Part shown: piece after piece, positions 55,781 to 64,000 of the stretch | Position numbering within the stretch: the first letter of the stretch is position 1 | Layout of the letters: each line of letters begins with the position of its first letter | Source of the DNA: an uncultured Saprospiraceae bacterium | GTDB lineage: Bacteria > Bacteroidota > Bacteroidia > Chitinophagales > Saprospiraceae | NCBI GenBank assembly: GCA_964549655.1 | Contig: CAZJXN010000005.1 | Coordinates: forward strand, 6,220-70,219 | Length of the DNA: 64,000 nt | Direction of reading: 5' to 3' | Made by a program: the position numbers and the translations under genes | Notes under the pieces: generated by a model | Database searches by the model: none | What the model was told of the DNA's origin: nothing | Seen by the model: the letters and a program-made list of their open reading frames with translations, nothing else

Positions 55781-56043
55781 AAAAGTTTTTAGTTTGGAGG
55801 TTTGATGTTTGAAAGTTCGCTTGCAACTTGCTTGCGGTTGGTGTTTCAAAGGTAGCGAATTTTCGCAATTTGTCTCCCGCAGATTTCGCAGATGGCGCAG
55901 ATTTTTTTTATCACATAGTTACATAGGGCACATAGTTTTTGTGCTTGTTCACTCGGTCGCTTTTTCTTCGGCAAACTTTTAATTTTTTATTGCCTTCATC
56001 CCTTAATTTTAACCGCACCACAGTTCAGATAACCGCGTAAATG

Positions 56044-56076
56044 AAAAGAGCCATGCCCTTGCGAACATGACTCTAC
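56044..56076 (-). terminator. Candidate rho-independent (bidirectional) terminator downstream of the GH gene
   Basis: On the minus strand the stem GAGTCATG-TTCGCAAGGG-CATGGCTC (with one G-U pair) is followed by TTTTCATTT. On the plus strand the same stem is followed by a T-rich run. Confidence 0.5.
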
Positions 56077-56144
56077 TATACCTTTTTTGTTTTTGCGCTT
56101 ATTAATTTCTTCTAAAAATGAGTGACTGCAAACTGCCTACTAAA

Positions 56145-57287
56145 TCATGCTTCTTCCAATTCCTGCGCCATGCACAGTGCTTTAATAATTGCTACTTCCT
56201 CCGAGCTGTAGGGCGTGCCATCCGTGCGGAAAATGTCGTGAAACCACAGTGGCGGTTCTGCGTCGTAGGTGTGGTTCCAGCTATCCCAAGGGTATTTCGT
56301 CTGCGTTTTACCATCTACAAATCCCCAATTGTACATTCCGACTTTGTATTTACGCGCTACTTTTAGCTTTGTCGCAAAGGTACTTTTACTCGGGCGAGCC
56401 ATGTATTCAGTACACAACATCGGGCGGTCGTATTGCGAAAGCCAGTGAATGCGTTTCTCAAACTCGTGCTCATCGTCATAATTGTGAAAAGAGACGATGT
56501 CTGATTCCGCAATTTGTACTTGTTGAATCGGCGTTAACGTATCGAAGCTCGACCAATCTCCAATCCAAAGACCAGCAGTGATGGGCTGACTCGGATTGGC
56601 GGCGCGCGTCCATTCAAATACTTGTGGTAACAGTGTCAGTACGTAATCCAGTTTGTCGGTTAATTCGGTGGTAGGGTAAGAACCCCAGTTCGTGTTGTCT
56701 GGTTCGTTCCAGACATCCCAGCCCAGAATTCGCTTGTCATGCGCAAAAGGGGTCACGACTCCTTTTACAAACCGTTCTAAACGAGCGTATTGCGTTACAT
56801 CTTTTAAACAGTGCGCGCCCGGACCTTGCATCCAGCCGGAGTTGTGTACGTGTGGTCGAGGGTCGCGTTGCTTGCCAAGTTGCGGGTGCGGGTCCCAACA
56901 CGAATCAAACAGTACAAATAAAGTTTTCACGCGGTGCTTGTCAGCAATCAGTAAGTACGTTTCCATGCGGTCCATAAACCCTTCTGGGTCTTCTTCATAC
57001 AGCAAGTCGTGTAGGAATACGCGAGCGGTGTTCATCCCGAGGGATGCTTTCCAGCTCAATTCCCGGTCAATCGTGGCGACGTCAAAGGTTTCGGTTTGCC
57101 ACATTTCTAATTGGTTGATAGCGGTACTTGGAATGAAATTACTTCCCACCAGCCAACCTTGTTCGGCGTACCAGGCATTCGCCTGCTCTGCCGTCCATTT
57201 CTCGCGCCCCCGTGCAGGTACAGCTACCTGTACGGGTGTGTTAGGAGCGTGCATATCCCATGCGCGTTCCAATTCGTGAAGTGTCAT
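56145..57287 (-). CDS. Clan GH-A TIM-barrel glycoside hydrolase (GH5-like); start trimmed to MTLHELER
   Basis: Has the WDVWNEPDN acid/base motif and a CTEYMAR candidate nucleophile, with NTARVFLH near the N-terminus. I see no signal peptide. Confidence 0.7.
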   Translation of the reverse strand: MTLHELERAWDMHAPNTPVQVAVPARGREKWTAEQANAWYAEQGWLVGSNFIPSTAINQLEMWQTETFDVATIDRELSWKASLGMNTARVFLHDLLYEEDPEGFMDRMETYLLIADKHRVKTLFVLFDSCWDPHPQLGKQRDPRPHVHNSGWMQGPGAHCLKDVTQYARLERFVKGVVTPFAHDKRILGWDVWNEPDNTNWGSYPTTELTDKLDYVLTLLPQVFEWTRAANPSQPITAGLWIGDWSSFDTLTPIQQVQIAESDIVSFHNYDDEHEFEKRIHWLSQYDRPMLCTEYMARPSKSTFATKLKVARKYKVGMYNWGFVDGKTQTKYPWDSWNHTYDAEPPLWFHDIFRTDGTPYSSEEVAIIKALCMAQELEEA

Positions 57288-57620
57288 AATAAAATTTAAA
57301 TTACCGGATAACAATGATTCATTTCGCTGTAAAGATAACATATTGTTAGGACACGTAGTTTCTTTCAAGAAGAATTTAACGAAACTTTACGTGCTGTTAA
57401 CCAAATTTTTGCAAAATAAGTACGGTGATAAGCTGGAATGGCAGAATTTATGACGCTTTTGTAGATGAGAAATTAAAAATGGAATACTCAAAGATAAGGC
57501 TGCTAAAAACAGGTTGATAGTATAAAACGTGTTTTAACATTTATTAATTTCAAATTAAAATAATTTTAAACTTATAACTGTTTGATTTACAAGGTTTATT
57601 TCAAATAATATAATTAATTT

Positions 57621-58544
57621 TTACTCATTTAAAATTTTATTTCCATTTAAAAAAGATATAATATCCATCCGTCTTTTACCTTGCAATTGCAATTCCTGTA
57701 CTTCAATGAATCCATCTAATGTGCTGATTTTGAGTGATTTTTTGTTATCTGAAATAAATTTGCCCGGTTCAAATTCGTGCGGCGCAACTTGTTTGGTCGT
57801 TTTTAAAATTTTCAATTCCAACCCGTCAAGTGTCGTCCAAGCGGCAGGGTAAGGGCTGAGCCCACGAATAAAATCATGCACTTTTTGAGTCGGTTGGTTG
57901 AAATCAATTTCGCAAGTTTCATGGAATAGTTTGGGCGCATGTGAGACTTCTGAGTCATTTTGTTTTTGAAGTTTAATATTTTGACTTTCAATCAATTGTA
58001 CCGTTTTCAACACCGTTTCCGCGCCCAATTGCATCAGGCGGTCGTGTACCTCGCCAGCCGTTTCATTTTCTCCGATGGGTATTTTTTCTTGTAAAATCAA
58101 GTCGCCCGTATCTATTTGATGTTGAATAAAAAAAGTCGTTACGCCCGTTTCGGTGTCTCCGTTTATAATTGCCCAATTGATAGGCGCGGCACCGCGATAT
58201 TTGGGAAGCAAAGAACCATGCAAGTTGAATGTCCCTTTTGGCGGCATCGCCCAAATGATTTCTGGCAGCATTCTAAATGCGACTACAATTTGTAAATCAG
58301 CCTTTAAAATGCTCAATTCTTCTATAAATTCAGGATTTTTGAGCTTTTCCGGTTGTAAGATGTTCAAGCCTTTTTCCACCGCATATTGCTTCACTGCCGA
58401 TTGTAGCAATTGTTTATTGCCACGTCCGCCCAATTTATCCGTCGCCGTCACAACACCGACCACCTCATATCCGTTTTGGATTAATATATCGAGCGAAGGC
58501 ACTGCAAATTCCGGCGTGCCCATGAAAATAATTTTTAAAGCCAT
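57621..58544 (-). CDS. fmt: Methionyl-tRNA formyltransferase
   Basis: Shows IIFMGTPEFAVPSL, NLHGSLLPKYRGAAPINWAIINGDTETGVTT and a C-terminal LQLQGKRRM. Confidence 0.95.
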   Translation of the reverse strand: MALKIIFMGTPEFAVPSLDILIQNGYEVVGVVTATDKLGGRGNKQLLQSAVKQYAVEKGLNILQPEKLKNPEFIEELSILKADLQIVVAFRMLPEIIWAMPPKGTFNLHGSLLPKYRGAAPINWAIINGDTETGVTTFFIQHQIDTGDLILQEKIPIGENETAGEVHDRLMQLGAETVLKTVQLIESQNIKLQKQNDSEVSHAPKLFHETCEIDFNQPTQKVHDFIRGLSPYPAAWTTLDGLELKILKTTKQVAPHEFEPGKFISDNKKSLKISTLDGFIEVQELQLQGKRRMDIISFLNGNKILNE

Positions 58545-58569
58545 GTAATTTTTTTATTTTGCCTTTTTT

Positions 58570-58679
58570 ACCACATAGACACATCGTTTACATAGATATT
58601 ATATTTTTTATATATTGAAGAAAAAATCTGTACAAGTTTATAACGCAAAAAACCTATGTGTTTTATGTGCCTATGTGGT
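58570..58679. repeat. CACATAG-word hairpin
   Basis: ACCACATAGACACATCGTTTACATAGA pairs with CCTATGTGTTTTATGTGCCTATGTGGT across a loop of about 56 nt. A related single arm lies at 55911-55935. Confidence 0.8.
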
Positions 58680-58760
58680 GCAATTAAGCTATAAACGCAA
58701 AGTAATCGCTTTTTTAGAAATATTGAGACACGAAATTATTATAATATTAAAACAAACTCC

Positions 58761-59204
58761 ATGAAGAAGATTTCTTTTTTGTTAAGTATAATGATTGTAA
58801 TAAGCTGTTTTTGTACTACTTACGGACAAACGGAATCATTTGAAGAAACGCTCTTTAAAGATACCGTAGCCATCGTAAAACGCTCGGTCATTCGCCCGTC
58901 GGGTAAGGATGAAGAGATAAGAATCGTAAAGCCAGAGGGCTATCCGGCAAAGGATTTGGACACGACGTACACCGGTTTTCGCATCGAAATCATGGTGGCA
59001 GACACGCTGCTGCCAGACTCCAGCGACCTTTTCTTCCGGCACGGCAATATTGTGGTAGAACCCTTGACTGGCAATCGCTTTGCCTACACTATTGGCGATT
59101 TTAAAGATGAAGAAACTGCAACCGGTTTTTTTAATCAATTTGTGTTGCCGAATTATGGCAAGGCGCGGATTGTGCGGTATCAGAGTGGAAAACGGAAGGA
59201 TTAA
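58761..59204 (+). CDS. Hypothetical exported protein, possibly SPOR-like at the C-terminus
   Basis: Has a signal peptide. YTGFRIEIMVAD...EETATGFFNQFVLPNYGKARIVRYQ loosely resembles SPOR domains. Confidence 0.45.
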   Translation: MKKISFLLSIMIVISCFCTTYGQTESFEETLFKDTVAIVKRSVIRPSGKDEEIRIVKPEGYPAKDLDTTYTGFRIEIMVADTLLPDSSDLFFRHGNIVVEPLTGNRFAYTIGDFKDEETATGFFNQFVLPNYGKARIVRYQSGKRKD

Positions 59205-59298
59205 AATGTGTTTTTGTGCTAAAGTGTTTATGCCAGCGATGGAATAATTGAAAGATTTGAATACATGGCTTTTATCTAAAAAACTGCTATTGATTTCC

Positions 59299-59306
59299 TA
59301 TCTTTG
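59299..59306 (+). promoter_or_regulatory. Candidate Bacteroidota -7 box (TATCTTTG) upstream of rimO
   Basis: Matches the TAnnTTTG consensus 69 nt upstream of the ATG. I saw no clear -33 element. Confidence 0.3.
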
Positions 59307-59374
59307 CAAACTTTTTTAGAAATCGAGTAATGTGACAAAAACACATTAACACATTAACACTCGAACGCAATTCA

Positions 59375-60685
59375 ATGAAAACAAAGACCTTAAAAAAAGA
59401 TAAAGTCAACGTCATCACGCTCGGCTGCTCCAAGAATCTCGTGGATTCGGAAAATATTATTACGCAATTGCGTGGGAATCAGTTTGACGTGACGCACGAA
59501 AGTGACCAATCGGATGCCAATATCATCATCGTCAATACGTGCGGATTTATTGATTTAGCGAAGCAGGAATCCATTGATACCATTCTGGAATATGCGGAAG
59601 TGAAGAAACAGGGCGAGATTGATAAATTGTATGTGACGGGCTGCTTGAGCCAGCGTTATCGAGAGGAATTGGCAGTGGAAATCCCAGAAGTGGATGCTTG
59701 GTTTGGTACGTTAGAACTGCCACAATTATTAGCAAAATTCAAAGCGGATTATAAACACGAACTCGTTGGCGAGCGTATCATCACGACGGATCCACACCAC
59801 GCGTACCTGAAAATTTCGGAAGGCTGCAATCGCACTTGCTCGTTTTGCGCCATTCCGCTCATGCGCGGTACGCACGTGTCCAAGCCGATTGAACAATTGG
59901 TAAAAGAAGCGCAAAGTCTGGCACGACGTGGCGTGAAAGAATTGATGGTCATCGCACAGGAGTTGACGTATTATGGTCTGGATATTTACAAAAAAAGAGA
60001 GTTGCCGCAGTTGTTATACGCACTTTCGGAAGTGGAAGGTATTGAGTGGATTCGATTGCATTATGCGTATCCGAGTAAGTTTCCACTTGAAATATTCGAT
60101 GCAATGGCTTCACTGCCAAAGGTTTGCAATTATTTGGATATGCCGCTGCAACACGCCAATAATGCAGTTTTAGAAAGAATGCGCCGCCAGATTACGAAAG
60201 AAGAAACGATAAATTTAATAGAATTAGCAAGACAAAAAGTGCCGGATTTGACACTTCGGACGACGATGCTCGTAGGATTTCCTGGTGAAACGGAAGCAGA
60301 ATTTGAAGATTTGTGCGAGTTTATACAAGAGATGCAATTTGACCGATTGGGCGTTTTTCAATATTCGCATGAGGAAGGAACGCGCGCTTATGACGTGGCA
60401 GACGACGTACCAGCGGAATTGAAAGCCGAGCGTGCCAGCCGTTTGATGGAGATTCAACAGGACATCTCTTTTGAAAAAAATCAGGCAAAAGTGGGAAAGA
60501 CGTTTAAAGTATTGTTCGACCGCAAGGAAGGCGCGTATTTTGTAGGACGCACCGAAGGCGACTCCCCAGAAGTAGATAATGAAGTGCTTGTGTCTGCTGC
60601 CAGCCAGTACGTGCGCGTGGGCGACTTTGCGCAAGTAAGAATTACGGAAGTGGCAGAGTTTGATTTGTTTGGGGTGATTGTTTGA
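59375..60685 (+). CDS. rimO: Ribosomal protein S12 methylthiotransferase (radical SAM MTTase)
   Basis: Shows VNVITLGCSKNLVDSE, NTCGF, the radical SAM motif CNRTCSFC, and a C-terminal TRAM domain. Confidence 0.95.
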   Translation: MKTKTLKKDKVNVITLGCSKNLVDSENIITQLRGNQFDVTHESDQSDANIIIVNTCGFIDLAKQESIDTILEYAEVKKQGEIDKLYVTGCLSQRYREELAVEIPEVDAWFGTLELPQLLAKFKADYKHELVGERIITTDPHHAYLKISEGCNRTCSFCAIPLMRGTHVSKPIEQLVKEAQSLARRGVKELMVIAQELTYYGLDIYKKRELPQLLYALSEVEGIEWIRLHYAYPSKFPLEIFDAMASLPKVCNYLDMPLQHANNAVLERMRRQITKEETINLIELARQKVPDLTLRTTMLVGFPGETEAEFEDLCEFIQEMQFDRLGVFQYSHEEGTRAYDVADDVPAELKAERASRLMEIQQDISFEKNQAKVGKTFKVLFDRKEGAYFVGRTEGDSPEVDNEVLVSAASQYVRVGDFAQVRITEVAEFDLFGVIV

Positions 60686-60687
60686 TA

Positions 60688-60783
60688 GTACACTGATTTT
60701 TATGATGATTAAGAGTGCTTATGATTATTTTAATACACTTGAAAATTATAAAAAATCATAACTATCCTAAAAATCAGTGTACC
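60688..60783. repeat. GGWACACTGAT-family repeat, complete hairpin copy filling the rimO/cdd convergent spacer
   Basis: GTACACTGATTTTTATGATGATTAAGAG... pairs with ...AAAAATCATAACTATCCTAAAAATCAGTGTAC. Confidence 0.85.
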
Positions 60784-60788
60784 ATGCA

Positions 60789-61274
60789 TCATAAAAAATT
60801 CCCATCAAACGCCAGCGGCAATAAATCTTTTCCCGATTGAAATTTATAAATCTCTCCCGTTTCACCTTGTAAAATGATGGCAATGGATTGCTGATAACGA
60901 TGTTCCGTTTCGCAGATGACTTGGCGGCAAGCGCCACAGGGCGCAGCAGGTTGGTTGACTGGATTGCGCTCATTTTGAACTGTAATGGCAATGGTTTTTA
61001 TGGGAATACCGGGAAATTGAGCATGGGCGGCACCCAACACGACTCGCTCGGCACACAAGCACATCGGATAAGCGGCATTTTCATGGTTCGTTCCGACCAA
61101 TATTGCTCCATTTTCTAATAAAATAGCGGCACTGACTTGAAAACCAGAGTACGGCGCATATGCGTTTGGTAAATTATTTTTAGCAGTTTGCAATAAGATT
61201 TGTTCATCTGATGGCAAACCTTCTGGCTCGTCATACACTTTTACTACTGCATACAATTTAATTTCTCTTTCCAT
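60789..61274 (-). CDS. cdd: Cytidine deaminase; start trimmed to MEREIKLY
   Basis: The zinc motifs are CAERV and PCGACRQV. Length is about 160 aa. Confidence 0.9.
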   Translation of the reverse strand: MEREIKLYAVVKVYDEPEGLPSDEQILLQTAKNNLPNAYAPYSGFQVSAAILLENGAILVGTNHENAAYPMCLCAERVVLGAAHAQFPGIPIKTIAITVQNERNPVNQPAAPCGACRQVICETEHRYQQSIAIILQGETGEIYKFQSGKDLLPLAFDGNFL

Positions 61275-61482
61275 AGTTGCATTATTCAAAAGACTTATTC
61301 GATTTTTGTATTTTAAAATTCTTTGGCATAGATGGTGCAATTTGTAAAAAATTAAAGAAAATTGCGCGAAATTGACCATGATTTAGGGATTTAAAGATTG
61401 GCAAGCTATTTCGCAGTTTCGTATAGTTGATTAAATTAATTTGTTTAAAGCGCATTAGGAACTTTTACTAACGTTTATTTAC

Positions 61483-62826
61483 ATGAATAATATTTTGATT
61501 ATCGGAGCCGGGCGCTCTGCTACCGCCTTGATTAATTACGTGCTTTTAAAAGCAAAAGAGTACAGTTGGTCTGTGACAGTAGCAGATTCTAATCCGCAAT
61601 TGGCAGAGCAAAAAGTAAATAACCACCCCAATGGTAGACCCGCATGGCTGGACGTGACGAAGGTCAATGACCGTCGAGAAATGATTGGTCGGGCGGATGT
61701 GGTGGTGTCCCTGCTGCCTGCGTACCTGCATATGGAGGTGGCGTATGATTGTATCAAATTGAAAAAACACTTGATAACTGCCTCGTATGTGTCCAAAGAT
61801 ATGTATCGCTTGAGTAATGAATTTCGGGACCGCGAGTTGATTTTCATGGGTGAAATGGGCTTAGATCCTGGTATTGACCACATGTCTGCGATGAAACATA
61901 TCCATGACATCAAGGAGCAGGGCGGAAAAATTACCGCTTTTCGGTCGTACACCGGCGGCTTGATTGCACCTGAAACAGACGATAATCCCTGGCATTATAA
62001 AATCACCTGGAATCCGCGCAATATCGTGCTGGCAGGGCAGGGAACGGCGCAATACATCGAAGGTGGAAAATTTAAATATGTGCCTTACAGCCGCTTGTTT
62101 CAAGAATATCAATTAGTAGACGTGCCGGAAGTAGGGCAGTTTGAGGCATACGCCAATCGGGATTCGCTTTTGTATCGGGAAGTGTATGGCTTGAGTGGTA
62201 TTCCAAATATTTTGCGGGGCACGTTTCGTCCGGTCGGTTATTGCGATGCTTGGAATGCGCTGGTGCAAATTGGGATGACGGATGGTTCCTTTCCAATTGT
62301 AGATTCTGGCGATATTACTTTTCATGAATTGATGGAGGCGTACACGAGTGGCAAGTCGGTGGCAGGGTCGGTAAAAGAGCGCGTGGCGCAGCTTATTGGA
62401 GAAGAACCAGATTCGCCTGTGATGGAAAAGTTAGAATGGTTGGGCTTGTTTCGCAAAAAGAAAATCAAGTTACCTAATGCAACTCCAGCTCAGATATTAG
62501 AAAATTTATTGATAGAAAAGTGGCATTTGAAGCCTAAAGATAAAGATATGGTGGTGATGCAACATGAATTTGAATATGAATTGAATCGGGAAAAAAAGTT
62601 GCTTACGTCCACCCTCGTTATGAAAGGAGAGAATGATGTGGACACCGCGATGTCAAAGTCGGTCGGACTGCCGTTGGGTATTTTTGTGAAATTGGTCATG
62701 CAAGGAAAAATTACCGCTTCCGGCGTACATATTCCCGTGACGCGGGAGGTGTATGAGCCGGTATTACAAGAATTGGAGGAGTATGATATTGTGTTTAAGA
62801 ATCGGGTAGAGGGACTTTTGAAATGA
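61483..62826 (+). CDS. Saccharopine dehydrogenase family protein (NADP-dependent, L-glutamate-forming-like)
   Basis: Has the N-terminal Rossmann motif ILIIGAGRSA, then GLDPGIDHM, and a C-terminal Sacchrp_dh_C-like region. Confidence 0.85.
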   Translation: MNNILIIGAGRSATALINYVLLKAKEYSWSVTVADSNPQLAEQKVNNHPNGRPAWLDVTKVNDRREMIGRADVVVSLLPAYLHMEVAYDCIKLKKHLITASYVSKDMYRLSNEFRDRELIFMGEMGLDPGIDHMSAMKHIHDIKEQGGKITAFRSYTGGLIAPETDDNPWHYKITWNPRNIVLAGQGTAQYIEGGKFKYVPYSRLFQEYQLVDVPEVGQFEAYANRDSLLYREVYGLSGIPNILRGTFRPVGYCDAWNALVQIGMTDGSFPIVDSGDITFHELMEAYTSGKSVAGSVKERVAQLIGEEPDSPVMEKLEWLGLFRKKKIKLPNATPAQILENLLIEKWHLKPKDKDMVVMQHEFEYELNREKKLLTSTLVMKGENDVDTAMSKSVGLPLGIFVKLVMQGKITASGVHIPVTREVYEPVLQELEEYDIVFKNRVEGLLK

Positions 62827-62880
62827 AAAATGAAAAATGTAAAATGTAAAAGTGGTTATTGATTTTATATTTTACAAAAA

Positions 62881-64000
62881 ATGATTTTTAAAATTAGTAA
62901 TACCCAATCGCTCCAACTTTTCTACCTCCTGCGGCAAGGCGCGATGATATTCACATCCATTTTGCTGGCAAAAAGTAGGCTCACACTGGGGGAGATTGGC
63001 ACGTATGAATTATTGTTATTCATCAGTTATACCTTGAGTTTTTGGTGGATATCAGGCTTGGTTCAAGGCTTGTTGACTACCTATCCAAGACTATCGGACA
63101 TTGAACAAAGGCAATTTACTTTTAATGCGTACGCCGTTTTTGTAGGAATTAGTGTAGGAATATTTTTATTGTTTACAATTTTCAAAACATCTTTGTTAAC
63201 TTTATTAATTGGACAATCAGAAGTTTCATATTTCTATATTTTTTTAATATTTATACTTCTTAATTTTCCAACCTATTTATTAGAAAATCTACTTTTATTA
63301 CAAGAAAAACCAAAAGAAATTGCCAGGTACGGAATCGTTTTCTTTTTGTCACAACCTTTGGCAGTGCTGCTTCCGGTGTATTTAGGCTTGGATTTTGAAT
63401 GGAGTATTATTGGATTGGTGATTGTAGCTAGTCTGAAACATTTGTGGTTATTAATCAATATTTGGCAAAACGGCTTGTGGCAATTGCAATGGAAAATGAT
63501 ACAAAAGTGGATGTGGTTATCCATTCCATTAATTATATATGCTTTGTTAGGTGGTTTTAATGTCGCATTTGACAATTGGTTGGTCAATTACCATTACCAA
63601 AATGATGCTGCCCAATTTGCTATTTTTCGATACGGCGCACAGGAATTACCCTTCACGCTTGCCCTCACCAATGCACTCAGCGCTGCTTTGCTGCCAGAAA
63701 TTGTAAAAGATTTGCCGAAAGCACTTCCTTCTATTAAAGCCAAATCACTCCAACTTTTTCACCTGCTTTTTCCCTTGTCTATCATGCTGGTCTTGACGAG
63801 TAAATGGTTATTTCCCTTGGTATTTAATCCAGCATTTTCGGCAAGCGTAGATGTATTTAATATTTTTCTACTCATTTTGATTAGTCGGCTGATCATGTCG
63901 CGTCCGATATTGATGGCTTTACAAGCAAACCGAGGAGTATTAATAATTTCCGTTTTTGAATTAATTATAAATGGCGTATTGAGCTTTATATTATTGCAAT
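62881..64000 (+). CDS. Polysaccharide biosynthesis / Wzx-like flippase family membrane protein; partial, runs off the window
   Basis: The ATG is at 62881 and the frame stays open to the window end. It is a multi-TM protein containing FAIFRYGAQELP. It is absent from the ORF track because it has no stop. Confidence 0.65.
   Translation, partial: MIFKISNTQSLQLFYLLRQGAMIFTSILLAKSRLTLGEIGTYELLLFISYTLSFWWISGLVQGLLTTYPRLSDIEQRQFTFNAYAVFVGISVGIFLLFTIFKTSLLTLLIGQSEVSYFYIFLIFILLNFPTYLLENLLLLQEKPKEIARYGIVFFLSQPLAVLLPVYLGLDFEWSIIGLVIVASLKHLWLLINIWQNGLWQLQWKMIQKWMWLSIPLIIYALLGGFNVAFDNWLVNYHYQNDAAQFAIFRYGAQELPFTLALTNALSAALLPEIVKDLPKALPSIKAKSLQLFHLLFPLSIMLVLTSKWLFPLVFNPAFSASVDVFNIFLLILISRLIMSRPILMALQANRGVLIISVFELIINGVLSFILLQ

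Noticed and set aside
1-64000. rRNA, tRNA, prophage, transposase, restriction-modification or known defence-system genes
   Set aside because: Reading both strands, none could be recognised from the ORF translations or from the intergenic sequences. Absence of small RNAs cannot be proven by eye.

Overview
This is 64 kb of a Bacteroidota-type chromosome. Supporting signs are a T9SS C-terminal sorting tail, TonB-dependent receptors with carboxypeptidase-regulatory-like N-termini, a DUF1080 protein and TAnnTTTG-like -7 boxes. I see about 50 protein-coding genes, read by eye from the ORF translations. I found no rRNA, tRNA, CRISPR array or cas genes. I also found no intact transposase, integrase or phage genes.

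Most genes are housekeeping or catabolic: rarA (partial), an AlkD-like repair protein, a penicillin-acylase-family hydrolase, otsBA, two TonB-dependent receptors, an ECF sigma/anti-sigma pair, a TPR-CHAT protease, a class III adenylate cyclase, an IlvD/Edd dehydratase cluster, a double ABC ATPase, RNase D, AsmA, PaiB, NagB, a RelE/ParE toxin-antitoxin pair, an acyl-CoA dehydrogenase, fmt, rimO, cdd, a saccharopine dehydrogenase and a Wzx-like flippase (partial).

The unusual content is mostly non-coding:
- 6.2-13.5 kb is a visibly AT-rich, single-strand array of unrelated gene units. The units are separated by AAC...GTT-ended imperfect palindromes that look attC-like, with no integrase in the window. 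Two of the units share a recurrent about 120-bp leader.
- 26067-26336 is a 270-bp nested palindrome carrying four copies of GGTGCAGCGCACC. It also has a 12-mer kept in the same orientation in both arms.
- 32095-32346 is a phased 42-bp tandem array.
- Several families of hairpin repeats built from short words sit in intergenic regions, and some of them supply stop codons to flanking genes.
- A 1.36-kb segment at the start of the window is bounded by inverted repeats.

I see no clearly novel protein-based system. The best candidates for follow-up are the cassette-like array and the ECF-sigma/TPR-CHAT neighbourhood. All homology calls are from motif recognition by eye; nothing was searched or computed.
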